NCBI GenBank assembly: GCA_950097015.1
Contig: CATNEN010000038.1
Span: 8,990,001 to 9,054,000 of the forward strand
Reading direction: 5' to 3'
Length of the DNA: 64,000 nt
From: Macrostomum hystrix
Lineage: Eukaryota; Animalia; Platyhelminthes
A program made the position numbers and the translations under genes. Shown piece after piece: positions 1-12,400 of this stretch; within the stretch, counting starts at the first letter, position 1; every line of letters starts with the position of its first letter. The notes beneath the pieces were generated by a model. That model did no database searches. It had not been told where the DNA came from and saw only the letters and a program-made list of their open reading frames with translations.

Positions 1-329
1 TTTTTAACACACCTGCATATCACAAGCCGATGCATGCACGTGGCCTTACCTGCTGCACCCATTTTAGTGGCTTTTTATCAGTTATTTATTGTGTGCTCTG
101 CTTCCGATTACAAATAGCTAGCGATTGCCTGCAGTATTATTTTAGCATCACTGCTCCTTTCAGTACTTTACCTTTATTTATGTCTTGCTTATTGTACGTT
201 TCTCTATATTTTTTAATTTTTACTTGCCATGCATGCTTTGGCTTTTTATGTTTGAAGGCTTTTATAAAAGCTATCTCAGCTTATTTATTTTCCCAAAGAT
301 TATCGTAATATATCAGCCTTCACTTCCTA

Positions 330-1280
330 CTCTCCCTGCTTCTGCTCCCTTCTCTGCCTTCTCCCGCTCCCTTCTCTCCCTGCTTCCGCTCCCTTCTCTC
401 CCTGCTTCCGCTCCCTTCTCTCCCTGCTTCCGCTCCCTTCTCTCTCTGCTTCCGCTCCCTTCTCTGCCTTCTCCCGCTCCCTTCTCTCCCTGCTTCCGCT
501 CCCTTCTCTCCTTGCTTCCGCTCCCTTCTCTGCCTTCTCCCGCTCCCTTCTCTCCCTGCTTCCGCTCCCTTCTCTCCCTTGTTCCGCTCCCTTCTCTCCC
601 TGCTTCCGCTCCCTTCTCTCCCTTGTTCCGCTCCCTTCTTTCCCTGCTTCCGCTCCCTTCTCTCCTTGCTTCCGCTCCCTTCTCTGCCTGCTTCCGCTCC
701 CTTCTCTCCCTGCTTCCGCTCCCTTCTCTGCCTTCTTCCGCTCCCTTCTCTGCCTTCTCCCGCTCCCTTCTCTCCCTGCTTCCGCTCCCTTCTCTGCCTT
801 CTTCCGCTCCCTTCTCTGCCTTCTCCCGCTCCCTTCTCTGCCTTCTCCCGCTCCCTTCTCTCCCTGCTTCCGCTCCCTTCTCTGCCTTCTCCCGCTCCCT
901 TCTCTCCCTGCTTCTGCTCCCTTCTCTCCCTGCTTCCGCTCCCTTCTCTCCCTGCTTCTGCTCCCTTCTCTGCCTTCTCCCGCTCCCTTCTCTCCCTGCT
1001 TCTGCTCCCTTCTCTGCCTTCTCCCGCTCCCTTCTCTCCCTGCTTCCGCTCCCTTCTCTGCCTTCTCCCGCTCCCTTCTCTCCCTGCTACCGCTCCCTTC
1101 TCTCCCTGCTTCCGCTCCCTTCTCTCCCTGCTACCGCTCCCTTCTCTCCCTTGTTCCGCTCCCTTCTCTCCCTGCTTCCGCTCCCTTCTCTCCCTGCTTC
1201 CGCTCCCTTCTCTCCCTGCTTCCGCTCCCTTCTCTCCCTGCTTCCGCTCCCTTCTCTCCCTGCTTCCGCTCCCTTCCCTC
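330..1280. repeat. 22-bp pyrimidine-rich minisatellite (GCTTCCGCTCCCTTCTCTCCCT)n
   Basis: Direct tandem periodicity; explains the low-complexity ORFs 185..1297 and 579..1289. Confidence 0.95.
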
Positions 1281-1704
1281 TACTTTTAATTTTATAAAGG
1301 CACAAGGACTGCAGTAGGTAATACAACACAGTGCTCTAAAACGTGTGTAATATTTTATTTTTATTCGACAAATTTTCACTTGTTTTTGCATGTTTCTCTC
1401 CTTAACTCTCTGTCGTAGGTCTATCAAGTAAGCTTTTTTTATGCATCCCGTGCTAAAAGTGAGATTTTGACAGTAGTAGTTTACATTTATTCGCATATTA
1501 TTATTATTATACTTTAAAATATATAGCTCATCGTATCGCCTTATTTAACATACAGGCGTGTTTTAGTATTATCAAAGCCCTTAACAACCTGCAATGTTGA
1601 ACTGAGTGTGTTATTTTCAATACGGGCCTTTGTTGCTGCACGCTGCGCTTGCGAAATTGTACTACGTGGTCGCTATGGTACATTTTAACTATCAAAAGTA
1701 CGAC

Positions 1705-1925
1705 AATAATAATAATTATTATTATTTTTGTTGGGGCTGTGGACACCGGTACCAATAATTTGGTCCCAGCAAGCTAGAGGCAACTCTGCCCATTCTGCTG
1801 ACTTTGCAACACTTGGACACATATACCGTGCGCAGGGCCTCAAGGCCGTTAAGTTGCACGACAAGCCCCTATGACTTCTTTGGCGGCTAAGTCCCAAATT
1901 AATGTGAACTCTCTGAATCGAGTTA
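1705..1925 (-). mobile_element. Diverged copy of tRNA-derived SINE family A
   Basis: Shares GCAACTCTGCCCATTCTGCTGACT and TTGCACGACAAGCCCC with the copies at 3800-4138 and 8812-9160; (AAT/ATT)n tail at ~1707-1727. Confidence 0.55.
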
Positions 1926-3413
1926 CCTGCTTTACTAATTACTTCCACAATATTGATTATAAAAGTACTCGTTGTGAAATAAATTTGTACATTAAATAGT
2001 TGTTAATTTTCTAGCTTCGAATATGGGAAATAAACGTGCCACTTCGATAGAACACTACCTACTAACTGCATGTAAAAGCTCGTAGATATTAAAATCGGTT
2101 TAAAACGATTTTTGGCATATATCAAAACGGACAAAATTGAAAATTTCGATTTTGCACTGCAGCAGAAAAAAAGCTATTATTAGATTTACCACTTCATTCC
2201 AACTCGAGGTAAAGATCGTTTAAATGATAAATTAAATGCTTTAAAATTACATTACAGACTACGTGAGCTGCCTTCACATATGTGCACGTAGAGCTGCTTC
2301 TAATTTTTTTTATGTCTATACAATCTTTTATTATGTAAACTTTTGTTATACTTAGTAGTTATCGTGGATAAATTTTGAATTTAGGTTAAAACTAGAAATA
2401 CGTAGGAAACAATTGCAGCAAACCGCAGTGACTGTGAACGATATATTTTTTGCTAACAATTAAGCTGTTAAAATACATATTTTTTAATTTTGCTACATGT
2501 ATAAATATTAGTTCGCTTTTCTTATCGGTATAATGAACAATAAGTACAGTAAAGTCTTTTTAAAGTCGAAAAGTTCATTTAACTACCGAAGGACTTAGTA
2601 GTGTGATTTAAAGCAAATAAAATCGACTACCTTCTAGTCGATTACTTGTGTTACTGGTTGGATAATTATTTTTATTTTTGGAAGTTTTTCTATTAGCTTT
2701 TTTCTATCATGAGTCTGCAAAAGCCCGATTGCAAACAATTTATATTTTTTGGATTTAAAATAATGGTAAACGAAACTTTCTATGTGGCTTTTTAAAGATA
2801 TAGTCTGATTATTTTGTATACATATTTTGTGTAGGTAAAATATTTCTAGTTAAAGCGTATTGACAAATGGACCATTCATAGGCAAATTCTAGCTCACAAC
2901 TCAAATTCTCTTTACCTCACTTGGTATGCATACACTGGCCATAATAGGTTATGTGATGATGGGGGAATTGTGGGTGATAAAAAATAATATGTTCTTGTAA
3001 TTTACTGTACAACTCTCAGTTTTTAGTAAATATTCAATAGCATTCTTTGTAGAACTAAATGTTAACAAAAAAGTTGTTTTAGAAAACTATTGTTATGTTG
3101 TAGAGTATTCTGATAAGTCATAAAAATTTAATAAAATGAAAATATCTCACATTTTTCAGATGGCTGCAGTGATTTTTACAATCTTTCCAGAAATGATATA
3201 AAAAAGAAATAGAAAAACCTGAAAATATCGGCGAAAAAATTTTGACAATTTAAGCAGCAAAAATACTCAAATAGGTATACAGCGATAGCAGTAATAAAAT
3301 AATACGAAAATAATACGAATACGAATATTTATTTAATTTATAAAAAAAAACACTAAGGCATAGTTAACAAGTTTTAAAAAAAACTTCAAAAGCGGCACAG
3401 TGAAACCATAGAA

Positions 3414-6400
3414 ATGTCTGACGAGCCGCAGCCTGTGCCGGACTCATGCCGCTATGTCGGCTACGCGTTCGGCAGCGGCGAGCGAGTCGCCGATGAAGCC
3501 AGCAGCCATCGGCGGATCCCGGCTGGCGGAGCCGGGCCCACCGCCATCCTGGTCGGCGTCCATCTGCCGCGAGACGACGCCGCCGACGGAAAGTCTCGGA
3601 AGAAGCACAGGCGTCGGCAGCGACTTAAGCGGGGTAATTCAAGAAAATTTTTGTCTACTAGCCCAGTCGGACTTCCGAATGAGAGGTCGCGAGTTCGATT
3701 CTTTGGAGAAAAATAAACATATTCGTGTCCTTGAGCTGCACTCTTAATTAATTCAGACTTCAATTTTAATTTTTGATGGGTTAAAAGTCACCTTTATCAT
3801 AATAATAATAGCAATAATAGTAATAATAATATTTATGCTTGTAGTTATAATTCACAGGAGGGCTGCGGGCAATGGCACATTATTCGGTAAAACCAGACCC
3901 GTAGCCAGCAAGGAAGCAATTCTGCCCATTTTGCTTACTCCTGAGCACACAGGTACTGTACGCATTCTTACGCTCACACAGGTGTGTACATCTGCCCTGA
4001 CTTTCACATCGTCAGGCAGTGTACACTTCACTGTGCCTTGGAGTTTGGCTGCAAAATGAATGTGGCCTCGCCGCGGAATCGAGCTTAGGGACCTTGGCGC
4101 GAGAGGCAAACGCGTTAACCGCTCTGGCACCGACCCTTCTAAGCACCGCCTATAGTGTCCATGGACTGAACAGCTGTACACGGACTTTCAGTTTTATATC
4201 AGACTTTAATATTGTAAAATTAATATTATGATTACTGTTTAAGTTCACTTTCACAGCCAAAGGTGCTTAAAAATGGTATCAATTAGAGGCTAGAATAGGT
4301 TTTAGCCAAGTGATCAGAGCGTCGGACTCTACTTGAAGGTCGGGGGTTCGATTCCCGACCCCACTGGAACAATTTGTGTCCTCTAGAAAGACACTTAACT
4401 CTGCATTGCTTCAGTTCACCCAGCTATTAAATGGGTACCAGCATTAGCTGGGATAATTGAAGGTGGGTGTGGGTTCCAACCAGTCCATGGACTGAACAGC
4501 TGTGCGCAGCCTTCAGATGCGCCGCGCAATCGATAGAAAAATGAATAGAATTTGAGTAAAGTGAAGAGAAAAGTAGAAAAAATCCAATGAATGAACTTTT
4601 GAAATAGAGTTTGATTGCTTCAGTTTGGAAGACTCAAAGAAAATTAAAACATCGAAAGATTCGACAATAAACCCTTGTAGCAAAAAAGATGGATTCTGAA
4701 CAAGAAACAGAAAAGTTAATCCTTTTGACGGCTGGCGGGGTTGAAAATGAAAAAGTTTTCGTTCAGAAAAAAGAGAAGAAATTAATAAAAATATGTTTCA
4801 CTAAATCTGCGTAGACTTTGCAGTGGTTTATGCCTTTGGTCCTACTGGGACGCCTCTAGCGATGGTTGCCAACCTTTTACAGCTCTTTCCTGTTCCTCAA
4901 ATCCCCCTAGCCTTACTCAATCGCAGATCCACCTTTTCTGTGAGTATAGAAAAGTGTCACGAGTGCATGGCTTACATCGCAAGGGCAACATAACAAAAAG
5001 CTGAGCATAATCAGGACTTTGACTCAGGCTCATAGTGAGTGCTTAATCTGGTCCATTCTTCCCGCAGGTTCAAGCTCTATTGACGAGTCCGATGGCGCAG
5101 TTGCCAACGATGCACCCGGTGAGTGACTGGACATTTGAGGTCATGCTCATTGTGTTGCAGCATTGCGTACATCACTAGTACAAGCACACATGTACAGTAA
5201 TGCAGTACAAAGCTGCTCAGATGTGAAGTTTTTCAGTTGTCTGCTCCGGGGCTAGTCGGTTGGGAATGTAAAAGTACATTGTTGTTGTTTTCGGGAAGTG
5301 TGTCATACTGTCTGGTTTTTTACTAGGTCGCTTCCAGTTTTAATAGTCTATTTCTGAGTGCTAAAACGACCGGATCAGCGTTGCCTTGAGCAGATACAGC
5401 TGAGTGAGTGAGTGAGTGAGTGAGTGAGTGAGAGAGTGAGTGAGTGAGTGAGTGAGTGAGTGAGTGAGTGAGTGAGTGAGTGAGTGAGTGAGTGAGTCAG
5501 TGAGTCAGCCAGTGAGTGTGAGTGAGTGAGTGAGTGAGTGAGTGAGTGAGTGAGTGAGTGAGTGAGTGAGTGAGAGAGTGAGTGAGTGAGTGAGTGAGTG
5601 AGTGAGTGAGTGAGTGAGTGAGTGAGTGAGTGAGTGAGTCAGTGAGTCAGCCAGTGAGTGTGAGTGAGTGAGTGAATGAGTGAGTGAGTGGGTGATAGAG
5701 TGAGTGAGTGAGTGAATGAGTGAGTGAGTGAGTGAGTGAGTGAGTGAGTGAGTGAGTGAGTGAGTGAGGAAAGCAAGTTATATATGAAGGAGAAATTTTG
5801 AAATCTTAAACGACTCCCACATACTAAGCTTGGGTCAGGCAGGGATGAGGAAGGGAGGCTGGGAGATTGAGAAGCGAGATCTGCCGCCTGGGAAGCCCTG
5901 GGATCCGGACCAAACCAGTCTGTGCCGATCTATTTTTAGATCAGTGCAAAGCCGGACAAGCCGGAGAGGAGAGAGTCATCGCTCGCACTAGTAGAACTAA
6001 CTAAACTGTCTCTCTCTCTTGTCTTTCCGAGGCATGTGCCGATCCGCACAGACTGTGTGTGTGCGCGCGCGCCACGTCGCATCTGCATTGCCGCAGTTCG
6101 ACATTGAAGTGCTTGGCTAGGAATGGCCGGAGCACCGGGTGCTTTTCGGATAAACGATCGAATGCGCCCCCGGCTAGAACAAGAACTGGAAGCGGGGAAG
6201 ACGGAAGAACAGGGGTGGGGGAAGGTGGGCGGGTGGTGGGGTTGACTGAAGGGCAGATTCAGGTCTGGATTTATGTCCAAGCTTTAACCGCCTCCAGTCA
6301 ATCTATGCTCTAGTGGTGATTTAGGACTATTCGGGATTAGAAAAGCTCATCCCGGATGTAGGATGTAGGGAGATATGGCATATGCAGGGATTGGATGTAG

Positions 6401-9400
6401 GGAGAGATTGCATATGCAGGGAGTGGATGTAGGGAGAGATTGCATATGCAGGGATTGGATGTAGGGAGAGATTGCATATGCAGGGATTGGATGTAGGGAG
6501 ATATGGCATATGCAGGGATTGGATGTAGGGAGAGATTGCATATGCAGGGAGTGGATGTAGGGAGAGATTGCATATGCAGGGAGTGGATGTAGGGAGAGAT
6601 TGCATATGCAGGGAGTGGATGTAGGGAGAGATTGCATATGCAGGGAGTGGATGTAGGGAGAGATTGCATATGCAGGGAGTGGATGTAGGGAGAGATGGCA
6701 TATGCAGGGAGTGGATGTAGGGAGAGATTGCATATGCAGGGAGTGGATGTAGGGAGAGATTGCATATGCAGGGAGTGGATGTAGGGAGAGATTGAATATG
6801 CAGGGAGTGGATGTAGGGAGAGATTGCATATGCAGGGAGTGGATGTAGGGAGAGATTGCATATGCAGGGAGTGGATGTAGGGACAGATGGCATATGCAGG
6901 GAGTGGATGTAGGGACAGATGGCATATGCAGGGAGTGGATGTAGGGACAGATGGCATATGCAGGGAGTGGATGTAGGGACAGATGGCATATGCAGGGAGT
7001 GGATGTAGGGACAGATGGCATATGCAGGGAGTGGATGTAGGGACAGATGGCATATGCAGGGAGTGGATGTAGGGACAGATGGCATATGCAGGGAGTGGAT
7101 GTAGGGACAGATGGCATATGCAGGGAGTGGATGTAGGGACAGATGGCATATGCAGGGAGTGGATGTAGGGACAGATGGCATATGCAGGGAGTGGATGTAG
7201 GGACAGATGGCATATGCAGGGAGTGGATGTAGGGACAGATGGCATATGCAGGGAGTGGATGTAGGGACAGATGGTTTGACAGAGGTACAGAAGCGAATGA
7301 AGCAAGAGAAAGGCAAGGTTGTTTCGGCTGTCAGTCACGTCAGGGAAGTTGGAGAAGAATTAAATTTCCTGTTTTGCTCAGCGGCTACCGGAGACAAAGG
7401 CGGGCATTGCCGGGTTAATGTAGGGCTAGAATTTTGTAGAAACGGAAGCCCGGTCCGCAGATCCTGAAGCTCCGGGTAGCTCAGTGAAGTGTAAAGCAAG
7501 ACAGATAGGCAGGCAGACAGTTGGATATTGATAAGAGCCTATGAGATGATCAGGAAAGATGAGAAACTATATAATATAGTCTTGCGTCTTAACAAATAGT
7601 GTCCACTCGGTGTGAAGTTTATATGATTTCCTTGAATCTCTCTTTCTAGGATTTAGAAAGTACTGAGAGCCGGGTTTGAACAGCTGATAGCCCTTCGGTG
7701 GTGATATGGGTAAAGCTAGATTAATGAGGAGAGAGATAAGAACATACGCACAGCGAAACAGGAGAATAGGGCGGTGAGGGAGAGAAGGAGGGTGAGGGAG
7801 AGAAGGAGGGTGGGGGAGAGAAGGAGGGTGGGGGAGAGAAGGAGGGTGAGGGAGAGAAGGAGGGTGGGGAGAGAAGGAGGGTGAGGGAGAGAAGGAGGGT
7901 GAGGGAGAGAAGGAGGGTGGGGGAGAGAAGGAGGGTGGGGAGAGAAGGAGGGTTAGGGAGAGAAGGAGGGTGAGGGAGAGAAGGAGGGTGGGGGAGAGAA
8001 GGAGGGTGGGGGAGAGAAGGAGGGTGGGGAGAGAAGGAGGGTGGGGGAGAGAAGGAGGGTGGGGGAGAGAAGGAGGGTGGGGGAGAGAAGGAGGGTGGGG
8101 GAGAGAAGGAGGGTGAGGGAGAGATGGAGGGTGGGGGAGAGAAGGAGGGTGGGGGAGAGAAGGAGGGTGAGGGAGAGAAGGAGGGTGGGGGAGAGAAGGA
8201 GGGTGGGGGAGAGAAGGAGGGTGGGGGAGAGAAGGAGGGTGAGGGAGAGATGGAGGGTGGGGGAGAGAAGGAGGGTGGGGGAGAGAAGGAGGGTGGGGGG
8301 AGAGAAGGAGGGTGGGGGAGAGAAGGAGGGTGGGGGAGAGAAGGAGGGTGGGGGAGAGAAGGAGGGTGGGGGAGAGAAGCAGAGGGAGAGGTTACTTGCA
8401 CCTAAAAAAGATTACTTGGATATTTAAAGTCCATGTACGAGTATTAACAAACTCGAATGGGTTTGAATGAGACTACGGAAAAAATCTAAAATTCGAAAAT
8501 TCAAAATGATGGCTCTGAGATTCTCAATCTTAATTCCCGCTTTTTTAGGGTTAGAAGCAATCACAAAGATGTCATCGAAGGAAAGCCTTGTTTACCACTA
8601 AAAGTACATTTGTTGCTCTAAGCGTGCCTGTACGCGATTCGTACGCGATTCGGGTTCAGGCTGAAAGTTTCCACAGCGGTCAAAAAGACTAAAAAATAGA
8701 GCTTCGAACTTCTGGTTGGGAAGTCGCGAGTTCGAATCTTAGCCTCAGGGGGGAATCTCAGGGGGGCAAAACAAAGTTAAGCCGGACACTTGGATACCCT
8801 AGGCTCTAAGTATAGAGTCGGGTGGGGGAACGCGTTTGCCTCTCGCACCAAGGACCCTGAGCTCGATTCCGTGGCGAGGCCACATTTATTTGGGGCGCAG
8901 CCGCGGAGAGAAGGCTTGGGGGGCTTGTCGTGCAATTTACACCCTTAATTGAGGGCCAAACTTCAAGGCTGACAGTGAAAGTGTACACTGCCTGACGATG
9001 AGAAAGTCAGCGCGAGCGTGTGCATGCACACACTATCTGTGAGCGTGTGTGCTCAGGAGTCAGCGAAATGGGCAGAATTGCCTCCTCGCTGGCTGCGGGT
9101 CTAGTGTCACCAAATGATGCGCCATTGCCCGCAGCCCTCCTGTAATTATTATTTTTATGATTAAGGTGGCCTCCCCAGTCTCTTTTTCTATCATCTTGAC
9201 CGCGAGTGGCAGCAGAAGCAGACTGGAATGAAGTACTTTATACAGAAGTCCACTACTGAGCTCACACTCTCTCTCTCTCTCGATGATAGAAGGAGTTTAG
9301 GGGACGACTGAGAAGGGAACCGAAGCGCGCACAGTGGCTTCCCTTTTTGCACCGGTCATCTTGAGCACTTCTCAAATCTCTCTCAATCTCTCTCACCGCG

Positions 9401-12400
9401 TCAGCCACATTCGCTAAACTCTCTCCTGCTCGCCCAGGCCATTCTCGGGCTTGAGACCATTCTCAAGCTGCGTGGGGTAGGGTTGGGAGTCGGGCAGTTT
9501 TACTGCTGCTGGGCGTTGAACTCCCTCGATCAACAAAAGTACACAAGAGTTTCTTAAAGGCTGACAGGGCGCTGGATAATCAACCCGAGACTCCGGCTCT
9601 CTCAATCTCTATCTCTCTTAACCTCTGCCTCTCTATCATTTTCTCATTTGATTTCTCTTCCGGGCAAACACTTATCCCAGTTCAAATTGTTTTCAAGCTG
9701 TATTCTGTGCGGGGATTCTACAAATATCTTCTGATTCTTGGGAAGAGAAGAAGTTCAGAACACAATTAGTGTTGTTTTCTTGCGAAAAGTAGATGCCTGC
9801 GAACTGAAAATCTGAAATCCCAAACCGGAACTTAAATTCCCTGTCTCGAATACGATAACACGACCTGGAATCTAAATCCCAGCCTAGAGATGGAACTCCC
9901 AATCCAGAATCTAAATCCCAATCCAGAATCTCAAATCCCAATTTAGAAGCGAAAATCCCAATCCAGATTCTAAATTCCCAATCCAGAATCTAGAATCCCA
10001 ATCCAGAATCTAACATCCCAATCCAGAATCCAACATCTCAATCTAGAATATAAAATCCGAAACTAGACACAGAAATCCCTATCTAGAATCTGAAATGCCA
10101 AACATGAAATCCCTAACTAGAGTCAGAAATCCCTATCTAGAGTCAGAAATCCCTACCTAGACACGGAAATCCCAATCCAGAATCTATAATCCCAATCTAG
10201 AATATAGAATCCCAATCCAGAATCTAGAATCCCAATCCAGAATCTAGAATCCCAATCCAGAATCTAGAATCCCAATCCTGAATCTAAAATCCCAATCCAG
10301 AATCTAGAATCCCAATCCAGAATCTAAAATCCCAATCCAGATTCTAAAATCCGAAACTAGATACAGAAGTCCCTATCTAAAATCAAAAATTGCATTTTAA
10401 ACACAGAAAGCCCAACCTAGACACAGGAGTTCTGATCACCAAGAATCAGAAATCCTGACCTAGCTTTCAAAATTCATTTTTAAATAATAATTTCGATTCA
10501 ATATATATTTAATTAGCAATCTATACTCGAACAATATTAAATTCCATAAGTGCAGTATGAAACTTTTCTAATGAATATAAAATTAATCAGAAAATTATTA
10601 AACAATTTTTTTTCTCAGTTCATTCGAAGACGTCTTTTGCACACAGATCCCAACTCGACGGACCCGTCCGCTCGCGTCCAGTTTCTGCTGGGCAATCTGG
10701 ACGATGACGGAGAAGCCGGCGACGAGATGGAGGTGCACCCGATTTTCTGCGAGATGGACGAGCTGTTCAAATCCGACTCGAATGGTGAGTTAAGAGCCTG
10801 CGACCCATTCCCCATCCCATAATCCCATTCCCCATCCCATATTCCAATTCCCCATCCCATACTCCGATTCCCCATCTCACACTCCTATTCCCCATCTCAC
10901 ACTCCAATTCCCCATCCCATACTCCAATTCCACATCCCGCACTCCCATTCCCCATCCCACACTCCGATTCCCCATCCCATACTCCAATTCCCCATCCCAT
11001 ACTCCAATTCCCCATCCCATACTCTAATTCCCCATCCCATACTCCAATTCCCCATCCCATACTCCAATTCCTTATCCCATACTCCCATTCCACATCCCAC
11101 ACTTCCATTCCCCATCCCACACTACGATTTCCCATCCCATACTCCAATTTCCCAACCCATACTCCAATTCCCCATCCCATACTCCAATTCCCCATCCCAT
11201 ACTCCAATTCCCCATCCCATACTCCAATTCCCCATCCCATACTCCAATTCCCCAACCCATACTCCAATTGCCCATCCCATACTCCAATTCCCCATCCCAT
11301 ACTCCAATTCCCCAACCCATACTCCAATTGCCCATCCCATACTCCAATTCCCCAACCCATACTCCAATTGCCCATCCCATACTCCAATTCCCCATCCCAT
11401 ACTCCAATTTCCCAACCCATACTCCAATTCCCCATCCCATACTCCAATTCCCCATCCCATACTCCAATTCCCCATCCCATACTCCAATTCCCCATCCCAT
11501 ACTCCAATTCCCCAACCCATACTCCAATTGCCCATCCCATACTCCAATTCCCCATCCCATACTCCAATTCCCATCCCACACTCCATTTCCCCATCCCATA
11601 CTCCAATTCCCCATCCCATACTCCAATTCCCCATCCCATACAACAATTCCCCAACCCATACTCCAATTCCCCATCCCATACAACAATTCCCCATCCCATA
11701 ATCCATTTCTTATACGATTTTCACTCGGAAACCACAATCCCTTTTCGCCAACAGTTTAATTCTCAGAAATCCTATTTAGCTTCCCCTTTTCTCTCGAATG
11801 TCGACTGTCTGGATTAGTTTCACTGAATCTGAAAATTTAATGACTTGCCGAGTCCGGACTTCGGACAGGACTGGCCTGACCTGATGAAGAATGGGTTTTA
11901 GAAAGGGATTTTTATGTCTGAGAAAGGGACAAATTTCTCTGACTTCACATCTGGGTAGCTGTGGACTTTTGAAACCGTAGTTAGTATTTAAATAGATAGA
12001 TAGATGTATGTACTCAAATGAGCTCATGCATTCCAGCGCGGCGAATTGTATGACTCTGTTCCCTGATAATCTCGATTCGCCAAATGATTATTCCCATCAG
12101 AGTTGGGCTCGCGAAAGTTTTTATGAACAGAGCAGCCGGGTCTTATCGAGTTTGCTATCGATCGCTGGGAGACTGAGATATATCTGGGACTTGGATTCGT
12201 GAGAAAAAAATGATTTGCGAGTCACGGGCTGCACTTTTACTAAAGGGCCGAGTGAGATTCTTCCAGTCAAGCGCCAGCCAACCTTCGCTACTCACGCACG
12301 ACCAGCTCATTTCCTGGAACTGATGAAGCCGCCTGCAGCCTTGGGTGGGAGATTGCTCAGCCTTGCTTCCAATTCACCTGGCTTTGAACTGCGCTCAGCA

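Noticed and set aside
185-1297. 370-aa ORF and similar long low-complexity ORFs (6327-7338, 10767-11737, 12395-13490, 26072-27227, 42917-44251, etc.)
   Set aside because: Translations of stop-free tandem repeats, open in several frames, mostly inside introns.
4300-4370. tRNA gene (also B-box motifs at ~8730 and ~34950)
   Set aside because: No complete cloverleaf; the sequence continues into a repeated SINE body.
8990-9070. CTGACGA..GAAA in SINE A as a hammerhead ribozyme
   Set aside because: CTGAC pairs with the downstream GTCAG in a simple hairpin; I could not build stems I-III around a correctly placed GAAA.
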